Positions 12,721 to 24,600 of a DNA stretch of 33,800 nucleotides are shown here, in pieces. The stretch is from assembly GCA_002269645.1 (NCBI GenBank), contig NIVC01002663.1:1-33800 (forward strand). Direction: 5' to 3'. The notes under the pieces were generated by a model. The model was not told where the DNA came from and did no database searches. It saw nothing but the letters and a program-made list of their open reading frames with translations. Position numbers and translations under genes: made by a program. Position 1 is the stretch's first letter. Every line of letters starts with the position of its first letter. The DNA is from Macrostomum lignano (Eukaryota).

Positions 12721-14103
12721 ATGAGTACTCCAGCTCCCCCATTGAGTCCGGTTGCGGACGAAGAGGATTCAGAGGAGGAGGCGCAGTACAGAGCTTTGCT
12801 GTTGCCTTTCTACGGGCTGAGTCTGTGCGTCTCTGTTGCGGCCCTGGTGTCCCTGGTGTTCACCCTGTGGATTTTCTTGCGCAGACGGGACGCAACTGCC
12901 GGAGCCCGCGGCATGGTGCTGCTGATCGTCACGGGCCTGTTCACGGCCATGTCGCTAACTGTGCTGCACGTTGTCAACATCGAGCAACTGATTGCGCATG
13001 CTGGAAATGACACCGCTGGACAGGGCGAGGGCGGAGCTGGCAGCGACAGGGGCCGCATACTGCAATACTTCATGGAAGCTCAGTTCGTGATAAGTAACAC
13101 AAGCCTGCTGCTCAGAAACTGGTGGGTCACTTTTCTAACAATTGTCCGCTTTGTGGTGATCCTGTTCCCGCTGCGCGTGCCCGAGATGCTGACCCGCCGG
13201 CGGCAGCTGGTTGCATTCTTTGCCATTCTCACCGGCTCCGCCGCCTTCAGCATCGTTCGCCACCTCGAAGAGAAAACTTGCACTGCGCACGCAGTCGCTG
13301 CTGCTGCAGCTGCCGCCGCCGCTGAGAAGGCCAATTCAGCGACAGGTATTTCCAGCACGTCTCAACCGCCGTTTGCAGTTTCGAATTCGTCCGCGCAGGC
13401 AGCTTCATCGTGTGAGAGCTTCATCATATTCTTCTTTGTGATGCAGACCGGAGTGCCAGTTCCCACAGTGCTAGTGCTATCAGTGGCCCTGGCCGCTCAC
13501 CTACTGGCTGCCCGCGAGCCCTCCGACGCCGCCTCGGCGACGGCCTCTCCGTCAACACGCGCGACAGGAGCGCAACCGGCTGTAGAAGCAGCTGATTGCT
13601 CCAATTCGATCGGATCCTCGCACAACAACCTGGCTGTCCCAGTGATTCATCGCGACCGCGAGCGGCAGCTGCAGCAGCGACAGCCGCACAAGCCCGCGCG
13701 CAGTCGCGGTCTCTGTCGCAAACGCAAGGCAACCCGAATTCTGCTGGCTCTGGCCGTCACTTTCACAGTGCTGGAGCTGCCCACATTCATCTACTTCATT
13801 CTAATGCACTTCTTCCCGCACTTTCGCTGCTCCAGTCCGGGCAAGGCGCGCCTCATCTTCTCCGGACTCAACGCTCTGGTGACGCTGGACACTTTGGCGA
13901 ATTTTTTTATCTTCTTTGTCTTCTCGGAGGCTTTCAAGCGCGAGGTGAAACGGTGCGCCTGTCGCGGAGGCCTCAACAGGAAGCGACAGGAGGTGCGGAC
14001 TGGCGGGATTGGCGGCGGTGGTGGCGGCCGCGGAGACAGCACGGAGATGCGTCCGCTGAGGTCAGTGGCACGAAGAGCTGGCAATCGTAACGATTATTCC
14101 TAA
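12721..14103 (+). CDS. Intronless divergent class A-like GPCR (FMRFamide/Srw-like orphan type), ~460 aa from the first ATG
   Basis: Seven hydrophobic segments; TM3 LLRNWWVTFLTIVRFVVILFP; TM5 MQTGVPV; long basic ICL3 ending RKRKATRILLALAVTFTVLELP (TM6); TM7 LDTLANFFIF plus helix 8 SEAFKREV. The track ORF opens at TTG 12661; the first ATG is 12721. Confidence 0.88.
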   Translation: MSTPAPPLSPVADEEDSEEEAQYRALLLPFYGLSLCVSVAALVSLVFTLWIFLRRRDATAGARGMVLLIVTGLFTAMSLTVLHVVNIEQLIAHAGNDTAGQGEGGAGSDRGRILQYFMEAQFVISNTSLLLRNWWVTFLTIVRFVVILFPLRVPEMLTRRRQLVAFFAILTGSAAFSIVRHLEEKTCTAHAVAAAAAAAAAEKANSATGISSTSQPPFAVSNSSAQAASSCESFIIFFFVMQTGVPVPTVLVLSVALAAHLLAAREPSDAASATASPSTRATGAQPAVEAADCSNSIGSSHNNLAVPVIHRDRERQLQQRQPHKPARSRGLCRKRKATRILLALAVTFTVLELPTFIYFILMHFFPHFRCSSPGKARLIFSGLNALVTLDTLANFFIFFVFSEAFKREVKRCACRGGLNRKRQEVRTGGIGGGGGGRGDSTEMRPLRSVARRAGNRNDYS

Positions 14104-15002
14104 GCTGCAGTCCTGCCGATCTGCACTTATAAAAGTACTTCTACGAGCTATCTTCAACATTTGATCTCAGAATTTCACTAAAAGCAATACCATTGAGAAT
14201 TTCATTTGAAGTAGAGAGACAGAATCAGCGACTGGGAGGCTAAAGAACGAAGTTTATTAGTTTGCCAGACTCCATCTCCTTTGTCCCAGCCTCCTGAGAC
14301 CGACAAATTGATTTAGCCGTCGTTAGGGGACTGCTGCTCTGCAGGGAAAAGTGCAGAGAACATTTCTTCGATTCAATTTTGGAACACATCATCACTCTGT
14401 TTTCTGGCTAACGCAAGCCTGTGACTTTTCAAGAAAAACATGACACTCTCAAATTGAGGCAAAGTGGAAGCCGAATCGTGGTTGGTGCACTCCGCCTATT
14501 TTTTTAAATAATAGGCACGCACTCATTTTAATATTTATACCTAATCAAACTTCTATGTAACTCATTCATAACGGACAAAACTTGGCATATGAGTTCATTT
14601 TAGTCTGCAACTGTGATTGACTGGAATCAAATATACTAATATTGAATACTTCGTCCTGTTGTTTTATTAAACTGATTCTGCGTTTTGAAATTATTCGATA
14701 ACTGTGGAATATCTTTTTGAGTGTTCCAGACTGGATTTTAGTTTGTTTTATTATTATTATTAATATTGTTAAAAAGCGTTCTGATTTTTATGTTTTAATC
14801 ACTTTTGCTAAGATAATCTGACAATCTTTTCTTGCTGGGTGCATGGGGTGACTTTTTGTTCTGCACCTTCTAAAACAAGAATCAAGTCGCCAGCTCTCCG
14901 GACGGTCGAGATATTCGAGGATTCTGCCAGAAGGTCGGATTTTTCCCATAAGCGCCAGTGTATTCAATGCGTCTCAATGCAACCTTTCCAAGCCTCCAAA
15001 TA

Positions 15003-15361
15003 GGGGGGCCGTAGCCCAGCGGTAGCGCAGCTGCTCTGGTGTGCCAGCGACCCAGGCTCGATTCCAAGTGCAGTCACATTAATTTGGGGCTGAATTGGAA
15101 TCTCGGCTTGGCTCTGCTCGTGCAATTAACGGCCTTGAGAGCCAACCCCCCAAGGCGCAGTGAAGTGTACATGCCTAACGATAAAATAAAGTTAGGGCCG
15201 CTGTACACTCCTGTGTGAGTGTGTGACTGCGTACGTATCCGCGCGCTTGTATGCCTGCTCAGGGAAGTCGGCGGAATGGCCAGTAATGCCTCTCGCTGGT
15301 TGTGTGCCTATGTCGCTTAAAGTGCGCCAGGGTGCACACAACCCCCTGCCTCTAATAAAAA
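15003..15361 (+). mobile_element. Full-length tRNA-derived SINE (head resembles tRNA-His) with 13-bp target-site duplication
   Basis: A box TAGCCCAGCGG (15012-15022), B box GGCTCGATTCC (15055-15065), AATAAAAAAA tail; exact direct repeat AAGCCTCCAAATA at 14990-15002 and 15362-15374. Confidence 0.9.
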
Positions 15362-16026
15362 AAGCCTCCAAATATCATCAGCAAGTCGACCGCATGTGTC
15401 TGCATCAGTTCTGACTTAGTTGGTCACTGGCCTTCACCCTGGCGGAGCTTCTTGACCTTCAACAGGTGGCACCAGGGGACTATGGACTAGCTGAGGATGT
15501 CCAGCAGTTGAGGTTTGCTCGTTATTGAAGTTTGACATAGTTGTAACAGGATGTCCAAATTAGGAAATTTCCGCTTGGTATTTCGACGGGCGAAAAAAGT
15601 GGCTTGGTACTCCTATTGTTAATAAAGCAAAAGCAAAAATAGAAAAAGTAATAAAAAAATATTTTTCGACGTTTTTTGGTTACCTGTTAATTAGTAGAAG
15701 CCCGTTTAGTGGCTTAGCATATCCAGACTAATTCCAGGATATTTTCAACGACACAAGCAAAATTAAAAGTACAAAAACTGATTTGATTAAAATTTCAGAC
15801 AGACAGACGGAAGACTTTGAAGCGATAAAAGAGAAATCCGCTGATTAGCCCCAGCCCAGGCCAGTAGCACCTTGTAAACATTTTAACTGAGCCTTTGCTT
15901 CTGTTAACCGGGGAAGCCCTGCTGGCTCATGCTGGAATCTGCAATTAAATTTGATGCATAACTTTTTGCTTTTTAGCTTTTCGCAATAGCCAGAAAATGT
16001 GTTTGTCTCGGTATGTTGGAAGGTTG

Positions 16027-16885
<859 letters not shown>

Positions 16886-17652
16886 GTTGCAACGAAAATA
16901 GTAGGATGCACTTCTACGAAGGCAGAATCTGTGACCGAGTGGAGATGCAGCAACCGGTTGCTCTTCAATCTACAACTCAGAAGAGGCAGCTAAAGCTGAG
17001 GATTAATAAAGTGGTAGACATTTTGCAGCAATTATCGATCAAGCTGTTTACCAGGGAAAGACCAGCTGGCATGAGTCCGGCTCTTGTTCGGGCAGTACTT
17101 GGCTGCCTATGCGGAGGTACTCGAGATCGGAAGGAAGGCAAATAGCAGCAATCGGATGGAAGCAGGCCAAGCGTTCGGAGAGCATGAGGGTTGAGACTAT
17201 GCGATTTCCTAAAACTCACTCAGCCTTGACCCAGGTGGAGCTGGGAATTCAAGCTATTTGCTGCACGAATACAAGAGCACTCGAGTTCATCAAATAGGCA
17301 AAAACTGTCCTCTGTACTCTGTTTATAGGTTAAGACTATCCCCTGTAAAGGTCTATACTATCTGTAGATGCATACATCAAATGTACACAATCAATTATTA
17401 ATAATCTGTTTGTGCGCCAGAACGCAACAATTTTGGTCATGGCCGCATGCCAGTCGCTATTCGTCTGTGGCCCAAACTGAGGACTCTAGACGAGACACCC
17501 TCCGCACTGAGGAACCGCCCATCCGCATCCCCTATAGAGACTTCCTTCCCCAGCTTCCCAGCATGCGCCACATCCGGCCGGCAATCCCCGACTGATGGCC
17601 AGAGGCTCCCAGCGCTGAGGCAGGCGAGGGCGGCCGCCGGCCCCGCAGCGGC

Positions 17653-18039
17653 ATGTCGCTCAAGCTGTTCGAGCAGTTCTTGCAGATGGAGATCGCCCGG
17701 CGCCCCGGCCTTGCCAACGCGCTGAAGTGGAAGGGCGGCCTGCGGCTGTGCAGCCAGCTGTTCGACGAGGCCGTTGCCGACCTTCACTACCGCCTCATCC
17801 GCCGGGCCGTCCAGCTGCTGTTCAGCCGCGCCAATGCGGCCCGGCTGCGCGAGCTCGCCTGCGACACCAGCGGCGCCCAAGGCGGATTCGGCGACGGCGC
17901 AGTCGGCAGAAGCTGCGAGACGAAGTACGCCAGCTCGGAGTCTTCGCGGACGGCGACGCCTGGCCGAAGTCGCTGCACCAGTCGGAGCGGCGACGCCGGC
18001 ACTGAGCGCTGGGACGGCCAGTCAAACAACTCGCAGTGA
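17653..18039 (+). CDS. Orphan coding block (128 aa as an ORF; probably an exon ending at a GTGAGT donor after 18035)
   Basis: Very strong GC3 codon bias; helical-looking N-terminal half (MSLKLFEQFLQMEIARRPGLANALKWKGG...). The apparent stop TGA lies inside a perfect donor CA/GTGAGT. No family recognised. Confidence 0.6.
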   Translation: MSLKLFEQFLQMEIARRPGLANALKWKGGLRLCSQLFDEAVADLHYRLIRRAVQLLFSRANAARLRELACDTSGAQGGFGDGAVGRSCETKYASSESSRTATPGRSRCTSRSGDAGTERWDGQSNNSQ

Positions 18040-18476
18040 GTTCGCTGTGCGCACCTGTGGAGTGCCTGCGAGAGGCGAGGTGAAGGGAGGATTGGAAGTG
18101 AAATTTTGGATAGTTTCGAGTTTAGCCAACGAATCATTGATTGTTGAAGTAGTATGGGCTGGAGGATAAGAACTAACTAGTACGGTTATGCTTGAACAAC
18201 TATAAGTCATAGTATGAGTCATGACCAACAAAATACAGTAAGCCACAGTGAGAATTGAGTCTTATCTTAGACCATCGCAAGTGCGAACGAACTTATCTTA
18301 GAGTTTGTGCAAATTGAAGAACAAATTTGCAGCATCTCTGAAGCAGGGATCCCGGAGACACTAATACTTTTGGAAAATCATACTCCAAATAGCGACCTCC
18401 AATTTGCAAAGATGTAAGCTTTTTTGGTCCTAAAATTTTTAAAGAGTCGCCTAACCCACCCGACTCAACCGCAAAG

Positions 18477-19187
18477 GAGTCTCAAGCAGACGCCGCGATC
18501 GACTGCTCGGTATGGAGGGGACTCGGTTGCTATGGTAACGGTGGTAGCACTGGCAACAACAGCCGGTGGCCAAGAGCCAGCGATGTCAGGCAGACACCGC
18601 AGCAGCAGTGGCAGCCTCAGCAGCAGCCTCAACAGCAGCATCAGTGCCAGCAGCCGCAGCAGCCGCAGTTTTGCCAGCAGCAGCAGCAGCAGCCGCCAGT
18701 GCCTGAGCGCGGAGCTGCCGTCTGCAGCGGCCCGGTGCCCCAGCCATGCAAGCCGCCAACGCCGCTACGGCCGCAGGCTGCAGGGCAGCAGGCCGCAAAG
18801 GTTCGCGAAGGACCGGCGTACAACTACCCGTCAGCTGGCAGTCACAACCGGCAGGCCATGGCCGGCTGGTACGTGGCCAACATGGACGCCCTGCTCAGCA
18901 ATCTGATGCGCCTATTTGAGAAGATCTACGCCGACACGTTGAGCATGTGCGGCGCCAGCCCCAGCGCAGTGAAGGAGCTGCGCAACGCCCTGCCGGACCC
19001 AACTCTGCTCAGCATGCAGCAGCGGGTAGGCGGTGCGTGGCGGCCGAATTACATGACCTGCAAGATCGACTTCGTGCTGCACATGGCTGCCATGGTGTAT
19101 CGCAACACGCAGGACCTCCGCTGCGGCTGCCGCTGCCCGGAGCCTGCAGATCCCTGCCCCGCCTTGGGCGATCAGCCGCGGCAGACT

Positions 19188-19227
<40 letters not shown>

Positions 19228-19868
19228 TCGACTGTCTGCAGCAGGCAGCTCTGACGCGGCACAGTGGCGTGCAGCACACGGTAAACCGGAACAACGCCGC
19301 TGCGGCCGCGGTGGTCACCGCAGACGAGTTGGAAGACGACAACAGAGGCGACACCGGCGACACCGGCGACTGGCGGAGCCCTCGCCTTGCGGGTCAGGCC
19401 TCGGGGGCGCTTCAGGAAGACAGCTCGTGGGAGCGGCCACCTGTCCTGAATGCGAACGGCAGCAGCAGTGCTGGAAGGCGGTTGCAGGGAGGTCGGCAGA
19501 CACAAAAGACTCGCAGGTCGACAACGCCGCAGCCCCTACGGCGACAGAAGCCACAGCAGTCGGTGGAGACCAAGTACTTCGCCAGAGCGTTCGTCGACTC
19601 CAAAGACGCTCGAACTGGCAGCAGCGCCGTTTCGACGGCCCGAGCGCGGCCGAAGCGGCGCCACCGCCGGAGCTGCCCGAAGCAGCAGAAAAAGCAGCCG
19701 CTGCAGCCAGCCGTGCGGGTGCAGCGCACATTCAGGGTTTCGGAGGACGGTGGGTGCAGCGGCTCGGAGCGGACGCAGTCCACGTCACCATCGTCCACCG
19801 GGAGCGACTCGCGCGGATCCGCTGCAGGTGGAACGCATTTTCGGTGCAGCATCGACGTGCCTCGGTGA
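18477..19868 (+). CDS. Orphan protein-coding block with poly-Q tracts and a ~95-aa ordered region; start uncertain
   Basis: Frame open from at least 18477 to the TGA at 19866-19868; strong GC3 bias; ordered segment MAGWYVANMDALLSNLMRLFEKIYADTL...KIDFVLHMAAMVYRN; first in-frame ATG at 18858 in GCCATGG context; CTAAC and AG upstream of 18477. Confidence 0.7.
18526..18539. promoter_or_regulatory. RFX X-box motif
   Basis: GTTGCTATGGTAAC fits RYYNYYATRRNRAC; ~330 bp upstream of ATG 18858. It may instead lie within coding sequence. Confidence 0.4.
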
Positions 19869-21359
19869 GGTGGCCTTCTCTGGTTTGTGCACCGCTTTTG
19901 CCAGTTTGATGAAAGTTCAGCGTGTCCGTCTAAACACGGCGTTTCGGTTCTTGCAACTGCTAATACAGAGAGTTAAAGTCATAAAGGTTGTGAAAGGATC
20001 CCCTAAGGCTAATACACAAGTACATGTGATAGAAGCGATCCCGGACCCCGGAAACAAAATACTCGTACTTGCGAATCCAATGCACTGCATTGTCCGAAGC
20101 AAAGATAGATAAAAAATCTAAATACAGCTAGTCTATTGACACTCTATCTTACATTTTATTTTTAGACAAAAAGTAATGACTGAAAGTAAACGATTAACGT
20201 TTACGCACGAAAGAGCACGCAGCTCAGTGACGGATCTCTTTTGTCTCAAGGCAAAGGAGAAATACGAGCACCCAGACTGAACCCCACGCTCCGTGCACGC
20301 CATGTTCTGCTCATTTAACGCACAGTCAATGCTGTTTTTAAATATAAAAGCTGTTTAATTTTTTAAAAGTATATTAATTACATAGAATTGGCAATGCAAA
20401 AGAAAAATATTCGAGTCGTACTATTTAAACTTTCCGGTATCTCATTTTAATTTTAACAAAGAATGGTTTTTACTCCCGTTGTGGTTGTGAAATTTTAAAA
20501 ATGTAAAAATTGTTATTTTGTTAAATTGTAGCTAAAATTGTGAAATTATATAATTAAAAAATTAAAAAATTAAAAAATTGTAGATTAAATTATCGACTTA
20601 TTCGTATTCAACAATTTAATCATGAACTATTTCTACGAGCTAGTTTATAAGACAGTTTAAACTGGCTTGAAAAGTTGATGCAAAATAAAAGCACAGTCTG
20701 ACGCAGGAAATTCACCAGGCCTTTTTAAATTTATCATTTTTTACGTCACCAAACAACAAAACCTGACTATCCATTGCTGCTCATCAAAAGAATCTACTGA
20801 ATATGAAGAATAATTGCTAGAAATTCTACAAAGCATGATTTTGATAGATAGATTTGCACGCTACTGAGAGAAAGCAAAGCAAAGAACCGACGTAGGCATG
20901 TCAGATGGGATTTTAACAAATTTTCGATGCTAGATCGAGCACTAGATGAGTCTGTCGAGCCTCTTTGACAGAAATGGCTCTGGCTGATTGATCTGTCGAT
21001 GGATCTTCTTGGCAAGGTATTCGATTTCAGACAGACAAAGGACATTCAGAGCTCGGCGGTGATGGCTGAGATGCGTCTGTTTAAAATTAAATTAGCTAGA
21101 GTGGAACCAACTGGACTACTCAAGTAGACGGACGGGAAACTACGTTTCTTGGAAATTTTTAGGAGCCATGCAAGGTTTTACCGAAAAAAATACATTACGT
21201 AGATGTGAGGCATTCATTTCTTAAGCACAAAAATTTGTAATTCCTTTCGAAAGGAGGCAGACCCAATGTTCCTCTATATCTATATATCTACCTATATATA
21301 TACCATATCTATGTTCTGAATTCTATGTTAATTTATTATTCTGCGTACAACTGCATAGG

Positions 21360-21534
21360 TCCTGTGCCTAGAAAACCATAAATGGCACGGCTTGACTCAT
21401 TATAGTTTTATGAAGCTATTTTGTCATTCTTTAGCTGACTTTGTAACAATATGTGTAACAGAGATGATAAAATAGATTCATAAAACCAAAGATTAGAGCC
21501 GTGCCATGCATTTTTATGATTTTTAGGTACAGGA
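21360..21534. mobile_element. Fold-back element / MITE with ~68-bp imperfect inverted arms
   Basis: Left arm CCTGTGCCTAGAAAACCATAAATGGCACGGCT...GTTTTATGAAGCTATTTTGTCAT pairs with right arm ATGATAAAATAGATTCATAAAAC...AGCCGTGCCAT...TTTTAGGTACAGG; ~36-bp spacer; no TSD recognised. Confidence 0.7.
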
Positions 21535-21611
21535 AATGTACGTAAATGTACGGAAATGTTTTTAGAATTCTAATATAGAATTCTAAAAAATCTTAATGAA
21601 TATCAAGAGCT

Positions 21612-24600
21612 AGGAGAGGAGAGGAGAGAGGAGAGGAGAGGAGAGAGGAGAGGAGAGGAGAGGAGAGGAGAGGAGAGGAGAGAGAGAGAGTAGAGGAGAG
21701 GAGAGGAGAGGAGAGGAGAGGAGAGGAGAGAGAGGAGAGAGGGAGAGGAGAGGAGAGGAGAGGAGAGAGGAGAGGAGAGGAGAGAGGAGAGGAGAGGAGA
21801 GGAGAGGAGAGAGAGAGGAGAGGAGAGGAGAGGAGAGGAGAGAGAGAGAGAGAGAGGAGAGAGGAGAGTAGAGAGAGAGAGGAGAGGAGAGAGAGGAGAG
21901 GAGAGGAGAGGAGAGGAGAGAGAGAGGAGAGGAGAGGAGAGAGAGGAGAGGAGAGGAGAGAGAGAGGAGAGGAGAGGAGAGGAGAGGAGAGGAGAGGAGA
22001 GAGAGAGAGAGAGGAGAGGAGAGGAGAGGAGAGGAGAGGAGAGGAGAGGAGAGGGAGGAGAGAGAGAGGAGAGGAGAGAGAGAGAGAGAGGAGAGGAGAG
22101 GAGAGGAGAGAGAGAGGAGAGGAGAGGAGAGAGAGAGGAGAGGAGAGGAGAGAGAGAGGATAGAGGAGAGGAGAGAAGAGGAGAGGAGAGGAGAGTAGAG
22201 GAGAGAGAGAGAGAGGAGAGGAGAGGAGAGGAGAGGAGAGAGGAGAGAGAGAGGAGAGGAGAGGAGAGAGGAGAGAGAGGAGAGGAGAGGAGAGGAGAGG
22301 AGAGGAGAGGAGAGGAGAGGAGAGAGGAGAGAGAGGAGAGGAGAGGAGAGAGGAGAGAGAGGAGAGAGGAGAGGAGAGGAGAGGAGAGGAGAGGAGAGGA
22401 GAGGAGAGGAGAGGGGAGGAAAGAGAGAGGAGAGGAGAGTGGAGATGAGAGAAGAGGAGAGGAGAGGAGAGGAGAGGAGAGAGGAGAGGAGAGGAGAGGA
22501 GAGAGGAGAGGAGAGGAGAGAGGAGAGGATAGAGGAGAGGAGAGAAGAGGAGAGGAGAGGAGAGGAGAGGAGAGAGGAGAGTAGAGGAGAGGAGAGGAGA
22601 GGAGAGGAGAGAGGAGAGAGGAGAGGAGAGGAGAGAAAGAGGAGAGGAGAGGATAGAGGAGAGGAGAGAAGAGGAGAGGAGAGGAGAGGATAGAGGAGAG
22701 GAGAGAAGAGGAGAGGAGAGGAGAGGAGAGGAGAGGAGAGGAGAGGATAGAGGAGAGGAGAGAAGAGGAGAGGAGAGGAGAGGAGAGGAGAGGAGAGGGG
22801 AGGAGAGAGAGAGGAGAGGAGAGGAGAGGAGAGAAGAGGAGAGGAGAGAAGAGGAGAGGAGAGGAGAGGAGAGGAGAGGAGAGGAGAGGAGGAGAGAAGA
22901 GGAGAGGAGAGGAGAGGAAAGGAGAGGAGAGGAGAGGAGAGAAAGAGGAGAGGAGAGTGGAGATGAGAGGAGAGGAGAGGAGAGGAGAGAGGAGAGGAGA
23001 GGAGAGGGGAGGAGAGGAGAGAGAGAGGAGAGTGGAGATGAGAGGAGAGGAGAGGAGAGAGGAGAGGAGAGGAGAGGAGAGGAGAGGAGAGGAGAGGATA
23101 GAGGAGAGGAGAGGAGAGGAGAGGAGAGGAGAGGAGAGGAGAGAAAGAGGAGAGGAGAGTGGAGATGAGAGGAGAGGAGAGAGGAGAGTAGAGGAGAGGA
23201 GAGGAGAGAGGAGAGGAGAGGAGAGGAGAGGGGAGGAGAGGAGAGAGAGAGGAGAGTGGAGATGAGAGGAGAGGAGAGGAGAGAGGAGAGGAGAGGAGAG
23301 GAGAGGAGAGGAGAGGAGAGGATAGAGGAGAGGAGAGAAGAGGAGAGGAGAGGAGAGGAGAGGAGAGGAGAGAAAGAGGAGAGGAGAGTGGAGATGAGAG
23401 GAGAGGAGAGAGGAGAGTAGAGGAGAGGAGAGGAGAGAGGAGAGGAGAGGAGAGGGGAGGGGAGGAGAGGAGAGAGAGAGGAGAGTGGAGATGAGAGGAG
23501 AGGAGAGGAGAGAGGAGAGGAGAGGAGAGGAGAGAGGAGAGGATAGAGGAGAGGAGAGGAGAGGAGAGAAGAGGAGAGGAGAGGAGAGGAAAGGAGAGGA
23601 GAGGAGAGGAGAGAAAGAGGAGAGGAGAGTGGAGATGAGAGGAGAGGAGAGGAGAGGAGAGAGGAGAGGAGAGGAGAGGGAGGAGAGGAGAGAGAGAGGA
23701 GAGTGGAGATGAGAGGAGAGGAGAGGAGAGAGGAGAGGAGAGGAGAGGAGAGGAGAGGAGAGGAGAGGATAGAGGAGAGGAGAGAAGAGGAGAGGAGAGG
23801 AGAGGAGAGGAGAGGAGAGAAAGAGGAGAGGAGAGTGGAGATGAGAGGAGAGGAGAGAGGAGAGTAGAGGAGAGGAGAGGAGAGAGGAGAGGAGAGGAGA
23901 GAAGAGGGGAGGAGAGGAGAGAGAGAGGAGAGTGGAGATGAGAGGAGAGGAGAGGAGAGGAGAGGAGAGAAAGAGGAGAGGAGAGTGGAGATGAGAGGAG
24001 AGGAGAGAGGAGAGTAGAGGAGAGGAGAGGAGAGAGGAGAGGAGAGGAGAGGAGAGGGGAGGAGAGGAGAGAGAGAGGAGAGTGGAGATGAGAGGAGAGG
24101 AGAGGAGAGAGGAGAGGAGAGGAGAGGAGAGAGGAGAGGATAGAGGAGAGGAGAGAAGAGGAGAGGAGAGGAGAGGAGAGGAGAGGAGAGAGGAGAGTAG
24201 AGGAGAGGAGAGGAGAGGAGAGGAGAGGGGAGAGAGGAGAGGAGAGGAGAGGAGAGAGGAGAGGAGAGGAGAGGAGAGGAGAGGATAGAGGAGAGGAGAG
24301 AAGAGGAGAGGAGAGGAGAGGAGAGAGAGAGGAGGAGAGAGAGGAGAGGAGAGGAGGAGAGAGAGAGGAGAGGAGAGTGGAGATGAGAGAAGAGGAGAGG
24401 AGAGAGAGGAGAGGAGAGAGGAGAGAGGAGAGGAGAGGAGAGAGGAGAGGAAGGAGAGAGAGAGAGGAGAGAGGGAGAGAGAGGAGAGAGGAGAGAGAGG
24501 AGAGAGAGAGAGGAGAGGAGAGGAGAGAGAGGAGGGAGAGGAGAGAGAGAGGAGAGGAGAGAGAGGAGAGGAGAGGAGAGGAGAGAGAGAGTAGAGGAGA

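Noticed and set aside
15003-15075. tRNA-His gene
   Set aside because: It is the head of a TSD-flanked SINE, and the cloverleaf is incomplete.
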